Below the pieces are notes generated by a model, which saw nothing but the letters and a program-made list of their open reading frames with translations, did no database searches and had not been told where the DNA came from. Shown here piece by piece: positions 1-12,400 of a stretch of 64,000 bases of DNA. Source of the DNA: Botryllus schlosseri (lineage: Eukaryota); the NCBI GenBank assembly GCA_051294905.1, contig CM119372.1, positions 7,876,001 through 7,940,000 of the forward strand, read 5' to 3'. Both the position numbers and the translations under genes were made by a program. Position 1 is the stretch's first letter, and every line of letters starts with the position of its first letter.

Positions 1-198
1 CGTTTCTTTAGCAAATATCGTGATGGTTGAGGACCTAATACGCCTGGGTTGTTCAGAATTAGCCTAATTTCAAAAATTCGTGGTTTTCAGTGCGCTTCCC
101 ATGCCTTATACCTATATGATTCTATAGCTACTTTTTATAGTATCTGATCCCTTGCATATGTGTGCACTGTGCAGTGTGCATGTGCACTGTGCATGATG

Positions 199-1052
199 CA
201 GTGTTGGGATCAAGTCACTACCTTCGAGTCACGAGTCATTTCGAGTCATTGCATATGTTGACTCGGGTCAAGTCAAGTCAATCGATTTTCGAAGGTGACT
301 CGAGTCAAGTCAAGTCATTTGATTTTTGAAGGTGACTCAAGTCAAGTCGAGTCATGTCAAGTCAAGGCCAAGGTCAAGGTCAAATCACAATTCAAGTCAA
401 GTTGTCTTTTCGAAGTATGAGGCAAGAGGGCGCTGTATCGCTCACATATACGTAGAACTTCTGTTACACTACACGGAAGTAATTGCATAACCTCAGTTTA
501 TAGTTATCAGCCAAAATAGAGAAACGAATTGGTAAGATGCAATACATTATCCATTTACATATTGATATGATAAAATTCGAGCCTGCGCCAATGGTTGAGG
601 AGTATATAAACTATATTCGAATTCAATTTCAATAAAACAAGAGGTTTCGCCAAGGTATAAGAACAGAAAACAGAAATGAGTATTATGCTATTAAATTACT
701 TCACTGGCAGTTTACGACAACGTAAGCTGTAAGCTTCAATCACTACGTTTGTGGTCGTTTTATTTATGTGAGAACAATGGAGGCTCGGTAAAACACACGA
801 TCATTGAATCATTGGTCGCTTTCACGGGTTACACCAGCATTTCGCGAACAATCCGAACATATGGAAGAAACAGTGAATTTTATCAACACCGATTACTTGA
901 TGACTTGAAATTGACTCGTGAATTTTGCTCCGAGTCACGAGTCAATCCACATTTCTGATGCGCCGAGTCAAGTCAAGTCAAGTCATTTTAGCAAAGTGAC
1001 TCGAGTCAAGTCAAGTCATACAAAAATGGTGACTCGAGTCATCCCAACACTG
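199..1052. mobile_element. hAT-type MITE with (AGTCA)n/GACTCGAGTC subterminal arrays
   Basis: TIR CAGTGTTGGGAT...ATCCCAACACTG; 8-bp TSD GCATGATG. Inverted sibling at 9761-10517; fragment at ~43800-43940. Confidence 0.9.
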
Positions 1053-1797
1053 GCATGATGACCTGGAAGAATAGCGGCTGAAAATGGGGGATTCCCCTAT
1101 AATTTGCGTGCCGCGATTTTACCTAACCTGGCAAATGCAATAAATACCAGGGCTTATGTAGCTGTTATGGTTTGTGGGTGACACAAAACTTCAACATAGA
1201 TATTATTTTGAGTTCAGCACACCATTTTCATATTGCATACTGCCTTAGAAATCTTCAAACCTATCTGAGACTGAGCATCATTTTGTGCGATTCACCAAGT
1301 TATAGAATATAACTGTAAATGTACCATCGCCTCGCATAGCGAGATTATAAACGTCTAATTATGTAATGAAACGTAACAAGATACCGAGGAAATGGACAAC
1401 GAAATGAAAGAACTTACCAAACTGAATTTATTTGTCAAAAATGCAACACCAATCGGTAGGATGAATGGGTTGATTTATCGAAATTTTGAAATCCTTGCGA
1501 GTGATCTTTCACTATGCTTGTAAGAGACTTGTTTGCTGTATTTGTCGTCAGCTGGTATGTTCATAGCGTGGTCGGCATTTAATTATATCATATGCGCTCC
1601 TGTTTCGTCAACTACTTGACCATTATTCGCGAATGGAGGAGCACTCATGAAACGCGAATCACTATATGGCATTCTGACACTGGGAGACTCAACCTAGTGG
1701 TGTCCCACGGCTATAGCCTGAATATGAACCACGATTTCGTCCTAATCAAACGAACAATCAACAGCGTGAAAAAGGGCTCCGTCGTTGAATAGGTTTA

Positions 1798-2778
1798 CAG
1801 GTGCTTTCAGGGTAGAAGTAGAAGTAGAATTAGCTAGCTTTAAATCTACTCAAGTAAGTAGTTGCGAAAAGAAATTATAAATAGTAACGCACTCATGGAT
1901 GGTCAAAAACTGGAAATCGAGCTATGCGGAAGGTGCAGAGAGCTGGCTGCGTGCTATTACACCCTATAGGAGGTATCAATTTTGCTATGGAACAGCGATT
2001 ATTGACCTTTTTTTACCCCAGCGCCCTGTTTCAGAAAATGTCATGGCACCCTATATTAAAAGGCCCGTATAGTCGAGACGATGAGCACTATACGGTTAAG
2101 CATTATCGGAGACAGCACTATCGCTTTGCGTTGTTAGTGCGTTGACTAAAAATATGGTAGATCGTTAAAATTTCATTCACATATAATTTTACTTCCATCA
2201 CATAGAGACCAGTACTGCATTAGTTTTTAACTTTTTAATGGCATGTGCTACTACATTATGCTCCGATACTTAGATGGCAGATTACGATATGTTTCCAAAC
2301 GTTTGTCTGAGCCATTTACTGTGATGAAACATGACATATAGGCGACAATTCGGTGTGAAAGGAACCGCACAGTCAGTCATCTAAATTACATTGCTTGATA
2401 CTTTCGCGAAAAAATTATTATCATCCCATAGCTATTTCAGGCGAAGCACGACGAGTATATGTAATGTATGTGTCGATGATACTCAAGTTGTGTGAAAATT
2501 AAATTCTTGTTGGTACTCCGTGAAAACAGTCACTAAATATCACAGCCTCAGTCTCAGTCTCTCTCTCTCTCTCTCTCTCTCTCATACTGGAAGAATATGA
2601 TAAATCTAGTTGGCAAATTGTAAATAGCGAAAAGTAAGTAATTCACAAAATATTACGAAGTAGAAGTATAGAAGTGGCCAAAATTAGATCTACTTTAGCA
2701 GGTAGTCTACTGCAAGTAGAAGAAACCTGCTTGAGTACTTCGAAAACGTAGAAGTATACTTCTTCACTGAACAGTGAC
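1798..2778. mobile_element. MITE with (AGTAGA)n arms, degenerate copy
   Basis: Homologous to 24122-25324; contains a (CT)n microsatellite at ~2556-2583. Confidence 0.7.
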
Positions 2779-3426
2779 CACCTATGGGCCAGTAACTCGT
2801 ACAATTCAAGTCATTCGTAAAACGTGACTCCAGGCTCATACCAGCAAAATTCGTCTTGACTCGATCTACTATAATAGTGAGTATCCGATCTCCCTTGGGC
2901 GTCTGCAACAAGGATTAACAAGACCTCTCACTGGCGGCTCCAAATTAATAATTCGTGTCCTATAAATTCCTTGTACTCCGATAGCTTGTCACATGCCCCG
3001 AGACCCTCCATTTCGAATAAACTGTAGCACATTCATAGAAATGAAATATTTTAATACTTGTTCTGTGCATAGTAATCGAAAGTAAGCATTCCACATTAAG
3101 CGGTAGCCGTTGTTGGTTGGAGAGAGGTATGATGATTATTGTCCAGAGCATTGTCAGAAAATCAAATTTCTCACTGACGTACGACGTCATGCTTCGCTGC
3201 GACGTGAGAAATGGAGACATCCAAAAGCAGGCAAGAGTGCCTTTGCCGCTTGGATATACGTCTATTATTATATATAAACGTAATGAAATGATGAACATCA
3301 TGAATTTGGACAGCATGTGTTTGCCTACTTTCAAATTCATTGCCGTCATGCAGGGACGGAGGAAATACTTTTCGAATACGAATGTGCCTCCATGCTCTAT
3401 TCCGCATAAAGCGAATTTTGTACGAC

Positions 3427-6400
3427 TCAGCTGACGTTATTGCAACGAATCCCACCGGCTGGTATTTCCTCGTATGAATGAGTTTGATTTGCCTCAAACG
3501 TTCTATTCGCGGCAGCTTCCTCTTCGTTATGTTGGGTTGGGTGATGGTCCGATTCATCGTTGGTGAGATTGTAGGAGGTGTAGCATTGACGATCCAATTG
3601 ACTCGTAGCTTCGTGATCCTCCTTTCTACCTTTGTGGCTGTAAGTTGCAATTGGCAGACTTACGAGGGAAGTAGGAAATTGTGTATGGACTGGACAACAA
3701 TGACGTATATATACACAATTATACATATTTGAACAGCTTCTTGGAGGTACAGAACTTCAATATACAATTGAATAGTATATTCATATTGAAATGAACCCGA
3801 ATATTTTCGGCTGACACTCGTTAGAGGTAATCGTCAGCAACTAGTAGAGAATTCAAAAGAACAGCGTATATCAACAATCGTAACACAATCGTAACGTGTA
3901 TCATCTAAAAATAGCACATTGAACGCTCCCGTGTTCGACATTTCGTGCTGGTGACGTCATATTTTGTGTTACGATTGTTGATATACGCTGTTCTTTTGAA
4001 TTCTCTACTAGTTGCTGACGATTACCCCTGACGAGTGTCAGCCGAAAATATTCGGGTTCATTTCAATATGAATGTACTCTTCAATTATACAAACATGCTG
4101 AAAAGTACTAAGATGATGAAATCAATGTGACTTGATTGAAACGATTGCGGGAGACCATATTCCCGACAAAATATTATATTCAGGCACCGATGGCAAAGAG
4201 TCAGTAGAACAGACAGACGATGTTATTAGTTTTGCCGAAAAAAAAACTCTAAATCAAAGCAGCGCGAAATATAATATAGTATACAATTCAATTTGACAAT
4301 GGACAAACGCGAATAAAAATTTAACAATGCATTTGATGCTACTAAAGTAGCTGAACTGAACAAAGTAGAAGTATCCTAAAATTCATCTCAAATAGGCTTA
4401 CATGTACATTGTAAAAGTAGCCTACAACTGGAGATTATACCAAGCGATCATAAATCTACTCCAAGTATAGGATTAGAGAAAGATGTGATATTCTTTTTCG
4501 CCTGCACCATCGAGATGCTTTGACGACGGAGATGCGATACGACCGTAATGTCACCGATATAGTCTGCACCCCCGTTTTTTTCTCCTCCATGCTATCCGTG
4601 GTTGCTGAGGGCTTAGCTGGATAGCTGCGGATACCAATTTTCGAGTCGTAGGTATGACCCGGCCGGGGATCGAACTCACGACCTACCGACCGAGAAGAAG
4701 GACGCATCACCATTACACTATCTCGCTCGAGGGGGGGTCTTAATTGATGGGGAAAGGGGCTTGTTTGATGAATAAGCCTACTCTAAAAAATATTTCGAAT
4801 ATGTAGATTCAAACGAGGCGTCCAAGGCTTCATTAGTCGATTGCTGGTGACAACTTGCAAAATTGGAAGATGCATCTCTGAGGGCATATACCGCTGAATG
4901 ACCAATGGAGCCACAAATAATCTCAATCACGATTCATATATATGTTCGGTAATTGTGACAAAAACTTGACATATATTTTCAATTTTTTCAAGTACTTTGA
5001 CTTTGGAAACTGTGGAAGTAGAACGGAATTCGTTTAAAATCCACACCATACAAACGAACATGCTTGAGTGAGTATTCTGAAAATGTAGACGCAATTCGCT
5101 AATGATTACCATCATCTCGTGTGCGAAGGGACTGCGTTATAGCTATCTAATTCAGAGAAGCCTCTCATCTTGGCAATTCACAATATCTAGAAATCCCTTT
5201 GCTAAATCATATGAGTTTTACATCCGTTCTAAAAGCCCTGGCTATTTACGCAATAAGACATAAAATTACGAATGCAGATACAAACCTCTTGCACAGGCAT
5301 ATGGTTACTATTACTGCGATGGCTATCGCAAGAATGCCGATTACCGCTATTAATACTATCTTGAAATCATCGTATTGTGTTCCGCTAGGCTGTACCTCCT
5401 CACCTGCAATAACATAGGACACAACCTGAGCTACAAATCGTTCCATGTTTAATTTGTAAGCTGAGAAATAATCGACATATATATATGGTAGGAACACTGG
5501 CTATGGTAGCGACATTTTCCCCGAGTATAGTGAATTGTGGCATAAAGGTGATTGAAGCATAGGCCGGAACGTAGGTGCCGCGCCCCAAACCCCACAATTG
5601 GCGAGAGGCGAGCTCGAAGGGGACAAAAAATTATTTAGCATCTAACACAAATTATATAGTATTTTGAGGGAGATTTCGCACAACCTCAAAATTTTCTTCG
5701 CGCGATTTAGTTCAATTAATTGTCTATACCAGTGGTTCCCAACCTTTTTCGACTCATCGCCCCCTTTTCAAACTGCAGACCGATCATCGCCCCCCCAAAT
5801 ATTGGGAACCGAAAAATGGGCATACAGAATGAAATAAACGGCGAGTTGACTAAGAAAAAGGGTCAACTTTTCGGCTCGACCTCGGAATTACACTTTTCCA
5901 GCTAAATTTTGGTGAGTTGACTAACAAAAAAGGTGATTTCTCCGACTTGATTCCAAAAGGACCGTAACAGCACTTCGTCATCCCCCACCCCAATACGTTG
6001 GTCTTGACCCTCCTCCATAGGGCGATAAAGCAAACTTCTGCACCCCTCAGACCCAACTCCCCCGATACCTCTTTACCGCTACTTCTCAGCACAAAGTTTT
6101 GGACTCATTAGTTAGTCAGCTTAATTCGCGCGAAGCGCGAAAAATTTCGATCATTCATGATTGAATAGGTCAATATGATCGGGAATTGCATATATATTGC
6201 TGTCAATTTTTATCCTCTCTTAGCTCGTGTATTCAGATTTACCGGTAAAGCTGAGTGAGGTGTCTTGGAAAATGTAGGGCCCGTGGGTATAATGACTTCG
6301 TTACGTAATGACATTTCGTGGCCTGTCTGCTATGTCAAAAGATATTCAAATAGCCCATACGTACTAAACTAAAAGACGCACTCGATTTCAAATTGGTATT

Positions 6401-9400
6401 TCTGCACTGGCAATTAATTTTTCTCTGCGAGATGGCATTTTTTGTGGGGTTTTGATTGCCAAGACAGAAACATTTGGCGCCAGCCGTTTAGGCGCCCATT
6501 GACAAATAAATCTATATAGTATATATATCAAAGTCGGTCAGCATAAAGGCAGTCCTTTTCCGCCAAGGTTTTGTCATTCTGGCACACATCTCAGAGTCGC
6601 ATGTTACATGGCCTGAAACTTTATATGTCTTGGTGCGATAATGGCTGACGCCGAGATGCCCATTTCTATAACTCATGCGTATTATTTCTTGGAGGAAGGG
6701 TAACCAATAAGCAATAAATATGCGATGACGAAATGGCGCACAGCGCGAATTTTTTTGGAAAAAGTTGCCTTAATTTCCAAAATAATACTTCATAATTTAA
6801 TTAATGTTAATTCGCGAAAAAACTGCGGGCCCCCATCCCAATTGAGGGTTTGGGTGTGGCAGTTATGGTCATGAGCGCCAATATAGCCATCTCAACGCGC
6901 AATCGCCCCCCTATCGCCCCCTTCGTCCATTTTCGCCCCCCTATCGCCCCCTTGGCTATTTTCGCCCCCCTGGACCGACAAATCGCCCCCTGGGGGGCGA
7001 TATCGCCCACGTTGGGAACCACTGGTCTATACTGTTTAATATGGGTACCCGCAGCGCTCCAAGAAAAACATAGGCATCATTATTAAAAACAAATAGGCAT
7101 TTGAGCGCCGGCCATTACCTCTCCACGACACATCAAGACTTCTGGAGTTTCGGCCAACATGCGACTTCGCGAAGTGTGTTACCAAGTAAAACCTTGGCCG
7201 AAAATTACATTCGCCTGTTGGCCGAAACCATCAATATATATATAGCCTATTGCTAATTGTCCATTGTCCATAGGCGCGGAATAGTCCTGCTCTTGCCATC
7301 TGAAGTCACCACCTCCCTCAGCTCTACCGGTAGATCACGTGCACTGAGAGGCGATGAAAAATTACTAGCAATACATGCAATTACCAATATTATAGACATA
7401 AGTCAATCCTCAGTAAGAATTTTTTGACTACGCACAGTCGCATACACATAAACATGTTTCCGATAACAGTAAAACGTGCTTTTCTATTAGCGGTAAAAAG
7501 GCCCGACGTGAAGGCTTCACCCCCCCTCCTTCAGAAGTATGATCGAATGATATGATATGACCGTATGAGGGCCAATACCAACGTTTTTATTATGGGTGAC
7601 GAAGTATTGTTTCGGCCCTGCATATAGGTAACATGCATAGGAGGCACGCGCCTGTGTCTAAGTGTCCATCATCGGTACTTACATATCGCATGCATTGCAT
7701 GTGCCAGTATCATGGATATCTATGACTAAATATCAGTGGCTAAGTGCTAACCGAAATGGATACCTGGGAAGTTGTCGACTTACTTTCACATTCTACATAT
7801 GCGTGTCTCAATTCAAAACCATTTTCGCCAGAATCAGTTGATACGTATTTTATATCCGTCCTGAAAGATAGGAGATTCTTCCAAACAAATGGTCTTCTCG
7901 ACGAAACCTTGTCTACAATCGCATACAAGTCCTTACTGTTGCAGGCCAGCTGTGGTGTGGTATAGATGAATCTAGAGCCATTGTCGGAATTGCTCACTGA
8001 AAAATTTCCTGTAACGGAATGTAACGACGACAGTGACGCTTATCGCCTATTCAGGCCTAGTGCGCCACGACAACGCATATGATAAAGCGCAGTGTCTTTG
8101 CTTTCGATTTCATGAACAACTTGTCATGCTCGCGCAATCACAGTCTCACACCCTTCATACACTCTCGCTTTCTTGCGTCCTATTTCGGGTCTCTGCTGCC
8201 GACTGTTGAGTTCGGCTCACTCTTCCTCTGGGCTTTTGTAAGAAGCTATGTTCACAGCGAAATCGGCGATGAGGAGCCTAGACAAACCTCCGACTTGTCA
8301 GAGTCAGGCATTGCTTAGCACACTGAGCCACTCGCTTACCCAGCAAAGACGCAAATGTTTCAAAGGATACTGAGCAGAGTTGAATCAATTACTATATTTT
8401 AATTCAATTACAATTACAATTACTTCCTTGCATGTTTAAATTACATTACAATAACAATTACTCAATGCGAAAAATATCAAATTACAATTACAATTACAAT
8501 ACTGTTAAACATGTAATTAATTACAATTATAATTATAATTACAATTACTTTTAAACAGGTAATTGATTCAGTAAAGAGATGTTCTTTGACAACCGTAGCG
8601 ACGTAATTAGCAACAATCTCAAGCTATTCATGTTTCATTCCTGATATGTAGAATACCCTTTAATTAAAAAAAAAACTCGAACGTATTCGAACTATTCCTA
8701 ATCATGAGTACTGAAAACTACAAGCACAGAAAAATGTTTCAAGCGACTGTTAAGAACCAAAGGTTTGAGCGACCAACAGCGAATAGGCTACGGGACAGTC
8801 AATAAAATGTAATCAAACGATTAGGCTACTCAGAGCTGAGTCAGGATAATGGAATGTAATTGGTAAGGCGTCAGCGATAAGGATGATACCGATAAGGTGC
8901 GTAAAATTAAAATAAATGAAAAAGGAAAGAACCTCCTGATAACTAAGAATTACAATATTTTGGTTCGCATTTACATTTTCACTTGCTCGGAAACTGTTGG
9001 ATTGCACTTGATGAACATTAGGGTGCGAAAAGTTTCTGGCCCCAGTAAATTTGGCCAAGATTGGGGGTAAGATTGGGATAACTTCTCTACAAATGCGTGA
9101 TCAAGTTTGAAGAAGCCTTAATTGGTTGGAAACTTGAATTTTTTTCGCTATTGTGTCAACAAGCCTCGGTACTGGTCAGAGATCAAAAAAAACTTTGACC
9201 GTAGTGTAGGAAATGGTTCAGCACAGGTTTCAGAAGAGTTTATTTGCTGTTCAACCATTTTTGAAATATTAAGATTTAGTTTAGTTCACTGGTTCTCTAA
9301 CTTTTTTTAGACACGCCCCCTTTTTGACAGTGAATATTTCGTGCCCCCCCCCCCCTATCGTCTTATCACACAATGAAACCAGAAAGCTAGCAATAATCCT

Positions 9401-12400
9401 TACATATAGTTTGATGGTATGGAAGGTTATGAATGACTGTGGATGAGAGAATTCTCCAATACGAAATTCAGACTATACACCGAGCAATAACCATAAAACG
9501 GAGGTGAATCGGGCCAAGCGCGAAAAATATTTCAATTCTCTGGAGCGTCGCACCCCGTTCAGATGCTTTCACGCCGCCCAAGGGGGCACGCTCCCAGTTT
9601 GAGAATCACTGGTTTAGCCTATATTGTAATTCACAAAGTTTTCTGTTGCTACTGAAGTTTGGGAAACAGTTTAGCGTGACTGAATTATCTAGTTTTAACG
9701 CAGCACGCATAGAACACCGATGTAAATAGGCTAATTATTACATGCGGTGACTGTTTACTACATTGTTGGGATGACTCGAGTCATTTTTTCGTATGACTTG
9801 ACTCGAGTCACTTTGCTAAAATGACTTGACTTGACTCGGCGTATCAGAAATGTGGATTGACTCGTGACTCGGAGCAAAATTCACGAGTCAATTTCAAGTC
9901 ATCAAGTAATCGTTGTCGATAAAAATCACTGTATCTTACATATGTTCGGATTGTTCGCGCAACGCTGGTGTAACTCGTGAGAGCGACCAATCATTCAATG
10001 ATGTTTTATTGAAATTGAATTCGCAAATAGTTTATATAGTCCTCAACCATTGGCACAGGCTCGAATTGTATCATATCAGTTTGCAAAGGGGTAATGTAAT
10101 GTATCGCATCTTATCAATTCGTTTCTCTATTCTCTATTTTGGCTGGTAACTATAAACTGAGGCTGAGCAATTACTTACGTAGTTTATTAGTTCTACTTAT
10201 ACGTGAGCGATACAGCGCCTTACTTGCGTGTATATTTAACTCTATATTCGTTCATCGGTTCAAAATCAATGACCACTCAATCTGTATTTCAGACAGCTAG
10301 CAAAATACAATGACGTAATCATGCCTCATACCCCGAAAAGGCAATTTGACTTGAATTGTGACTTGAGTCGTGACTTGACTTGACTTGACTTGACTTGACT
10401 TGACTTGACTCGACTTGACTCGAGTCACCTTCGAAAATCGATTGACTTGACTTGACTCGAGTCAAAATGTGCAATGACTCGAATTGACTCGAAGGTAGTG
10501 ACTTGATCCCAACACAGGTTTACTAAGGCCTTGAGGCCCCTCGTCGTCATCCTGGTTCGTACCGGATTTTCACTGGTGCGACGAATAAATGATTGATTAA
10601 TTGATTATTTTATGTTGTGATTGTCAGGTTTCCAAGAAAATGTAATTGAGATTGTAATTGAGCAAAATTTTAATCAAATTACAATTACAATTACACAAAA
10701 TAGAAATGCTTCAATTACAATTACAATTACATGAAAAATGTAATTAATTACATTCAGCTCAATTACAAATTACAATTGATCCAACTCTGATACTGAGCAA
10801 TCACTATCAAATTAATGGTTGTACCGAAAATTCGCGGGCTCCTCCCTGCGGAAACTTCCATAGAACAACGTATAGATATCTAATATAGAAATGCAGCAGT
10901 AAATGAAGTATCCGTTATATTAGATTTTAGTTGAATCTATTTGTCGTAATTGAATTGAGAGTTAATTATAATTTATCACGGTTCACTGATCCGAAACATT
11001 TTTTTTAAATTTTTACCGGTCAGCGAGGTCAAAAAGGTTGAGAACCACTGCACTCGTATACAGTACCAGTACATGTAGATTATTTTTACTGATAGTGAAT
11101 AGTGACGAACTATGGCAGATAAAAGATGAAAGGACTTACGCCGATGATAGGTTGATTGATGGCGCTATATCTCACGCCCGCAAAGATAAAAGATGATATT
11201 AAATAATATGCACATTGTACATTTGAGTTCGAAGAAGAGTGAAGAGATATATGAATATGTGGTCACTGGTCACGTCGTGTTCATTAGCTTGTAATATAGC
11301 GTTTTCTAACCAATCAATCAGAACGAACAGAATTCTTTGACAGCGAGGCTTATTGCACAGCACATACATTAATAAACGCCTGTACAAATGGTATACATGG
11401 TGATTTTTCAAGAACTTGATGTACCACAATTAATTACAATAGCATTTGAAGGGAAAACGTGTCTGTCCTAGGATTTCTACAGACTTTGACATAACGTGTA
11501 GCGTGCCGCCGGGACCTACGATACGTGTCGTAGGCCCCGGTGCCGCCTTTATGAATGATATTAAGCAAGTTTTTGTCGTTGTTACAGTTGTTTAGTACCT
11601 GGATTTTATTGGCCATGGGGGCGTTGTGTGAAAATGGGAAACACAGGTCTATGCTATCCCTCATTGAGTATGCAAATGTGCAATTGTGCATGCCTTTTTA
11701 ACACCTTCCTCTAATCTTTAGTATACAAAACATGTATAGGGAAACGGGGATCAGATTGACTGACTGCATTGAGCAAGCCGTTTCGACTCCTCTCTTTTCA
11801 TCGTAACGCAATCTTGCGGTGTTTGATCTGATGAAATTCATAACAAACTGAATGGAACTGCCGTGCTCTATAATGATCGGTATCTGATATAATACCATAC
11901 CTGGTAGGATTAAGGTTCCTGTATCGATCTCCCAGTCCCTCTGTATTACTTTCAAGTTTATATTGATCACTTGAACAATAACAACTCCGCTATCTCGTGT
12001 CGTGTTCAATGACCATGTACAGGCTTCTCGAGGTGGAGGGGCTCCCCTCACATGGATCACCGTTTCCTATGCAAAAATATTCACGCTAATACATTCGCAC
12101 TGCATGATTCAGGTTAAATGTATCAGTATCAGTTTATTAATATTTTCATTATTTCAAAACACCACAAATCTGCGATACAGTGAAAAGATAGGAAGGTGTC
12201 GAAACGACTTGGAGAAGTCTTTGAAATAAACGGTGACCGCAAAACTGGGAGTTAATCATGCCAATAGTGCGATGGAAGGCGGGAGAAGAACGCACTCTGA
12301 AGTAGCCTAAATAACGCAATTGTTAACCACCATGAATGTTTGCATAGCTCGGCGCACTTTGGATTTGCGGTATCGTTGTTCTATACCCCTTCATGTTTAC

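Noticed and set aside
3171..3650. 159-aa ORF overlapping the receptor tail
   Set aside because: Wrong phase for the upstream TM exon. Silent changes between paralogues fall in the YEEI frame.
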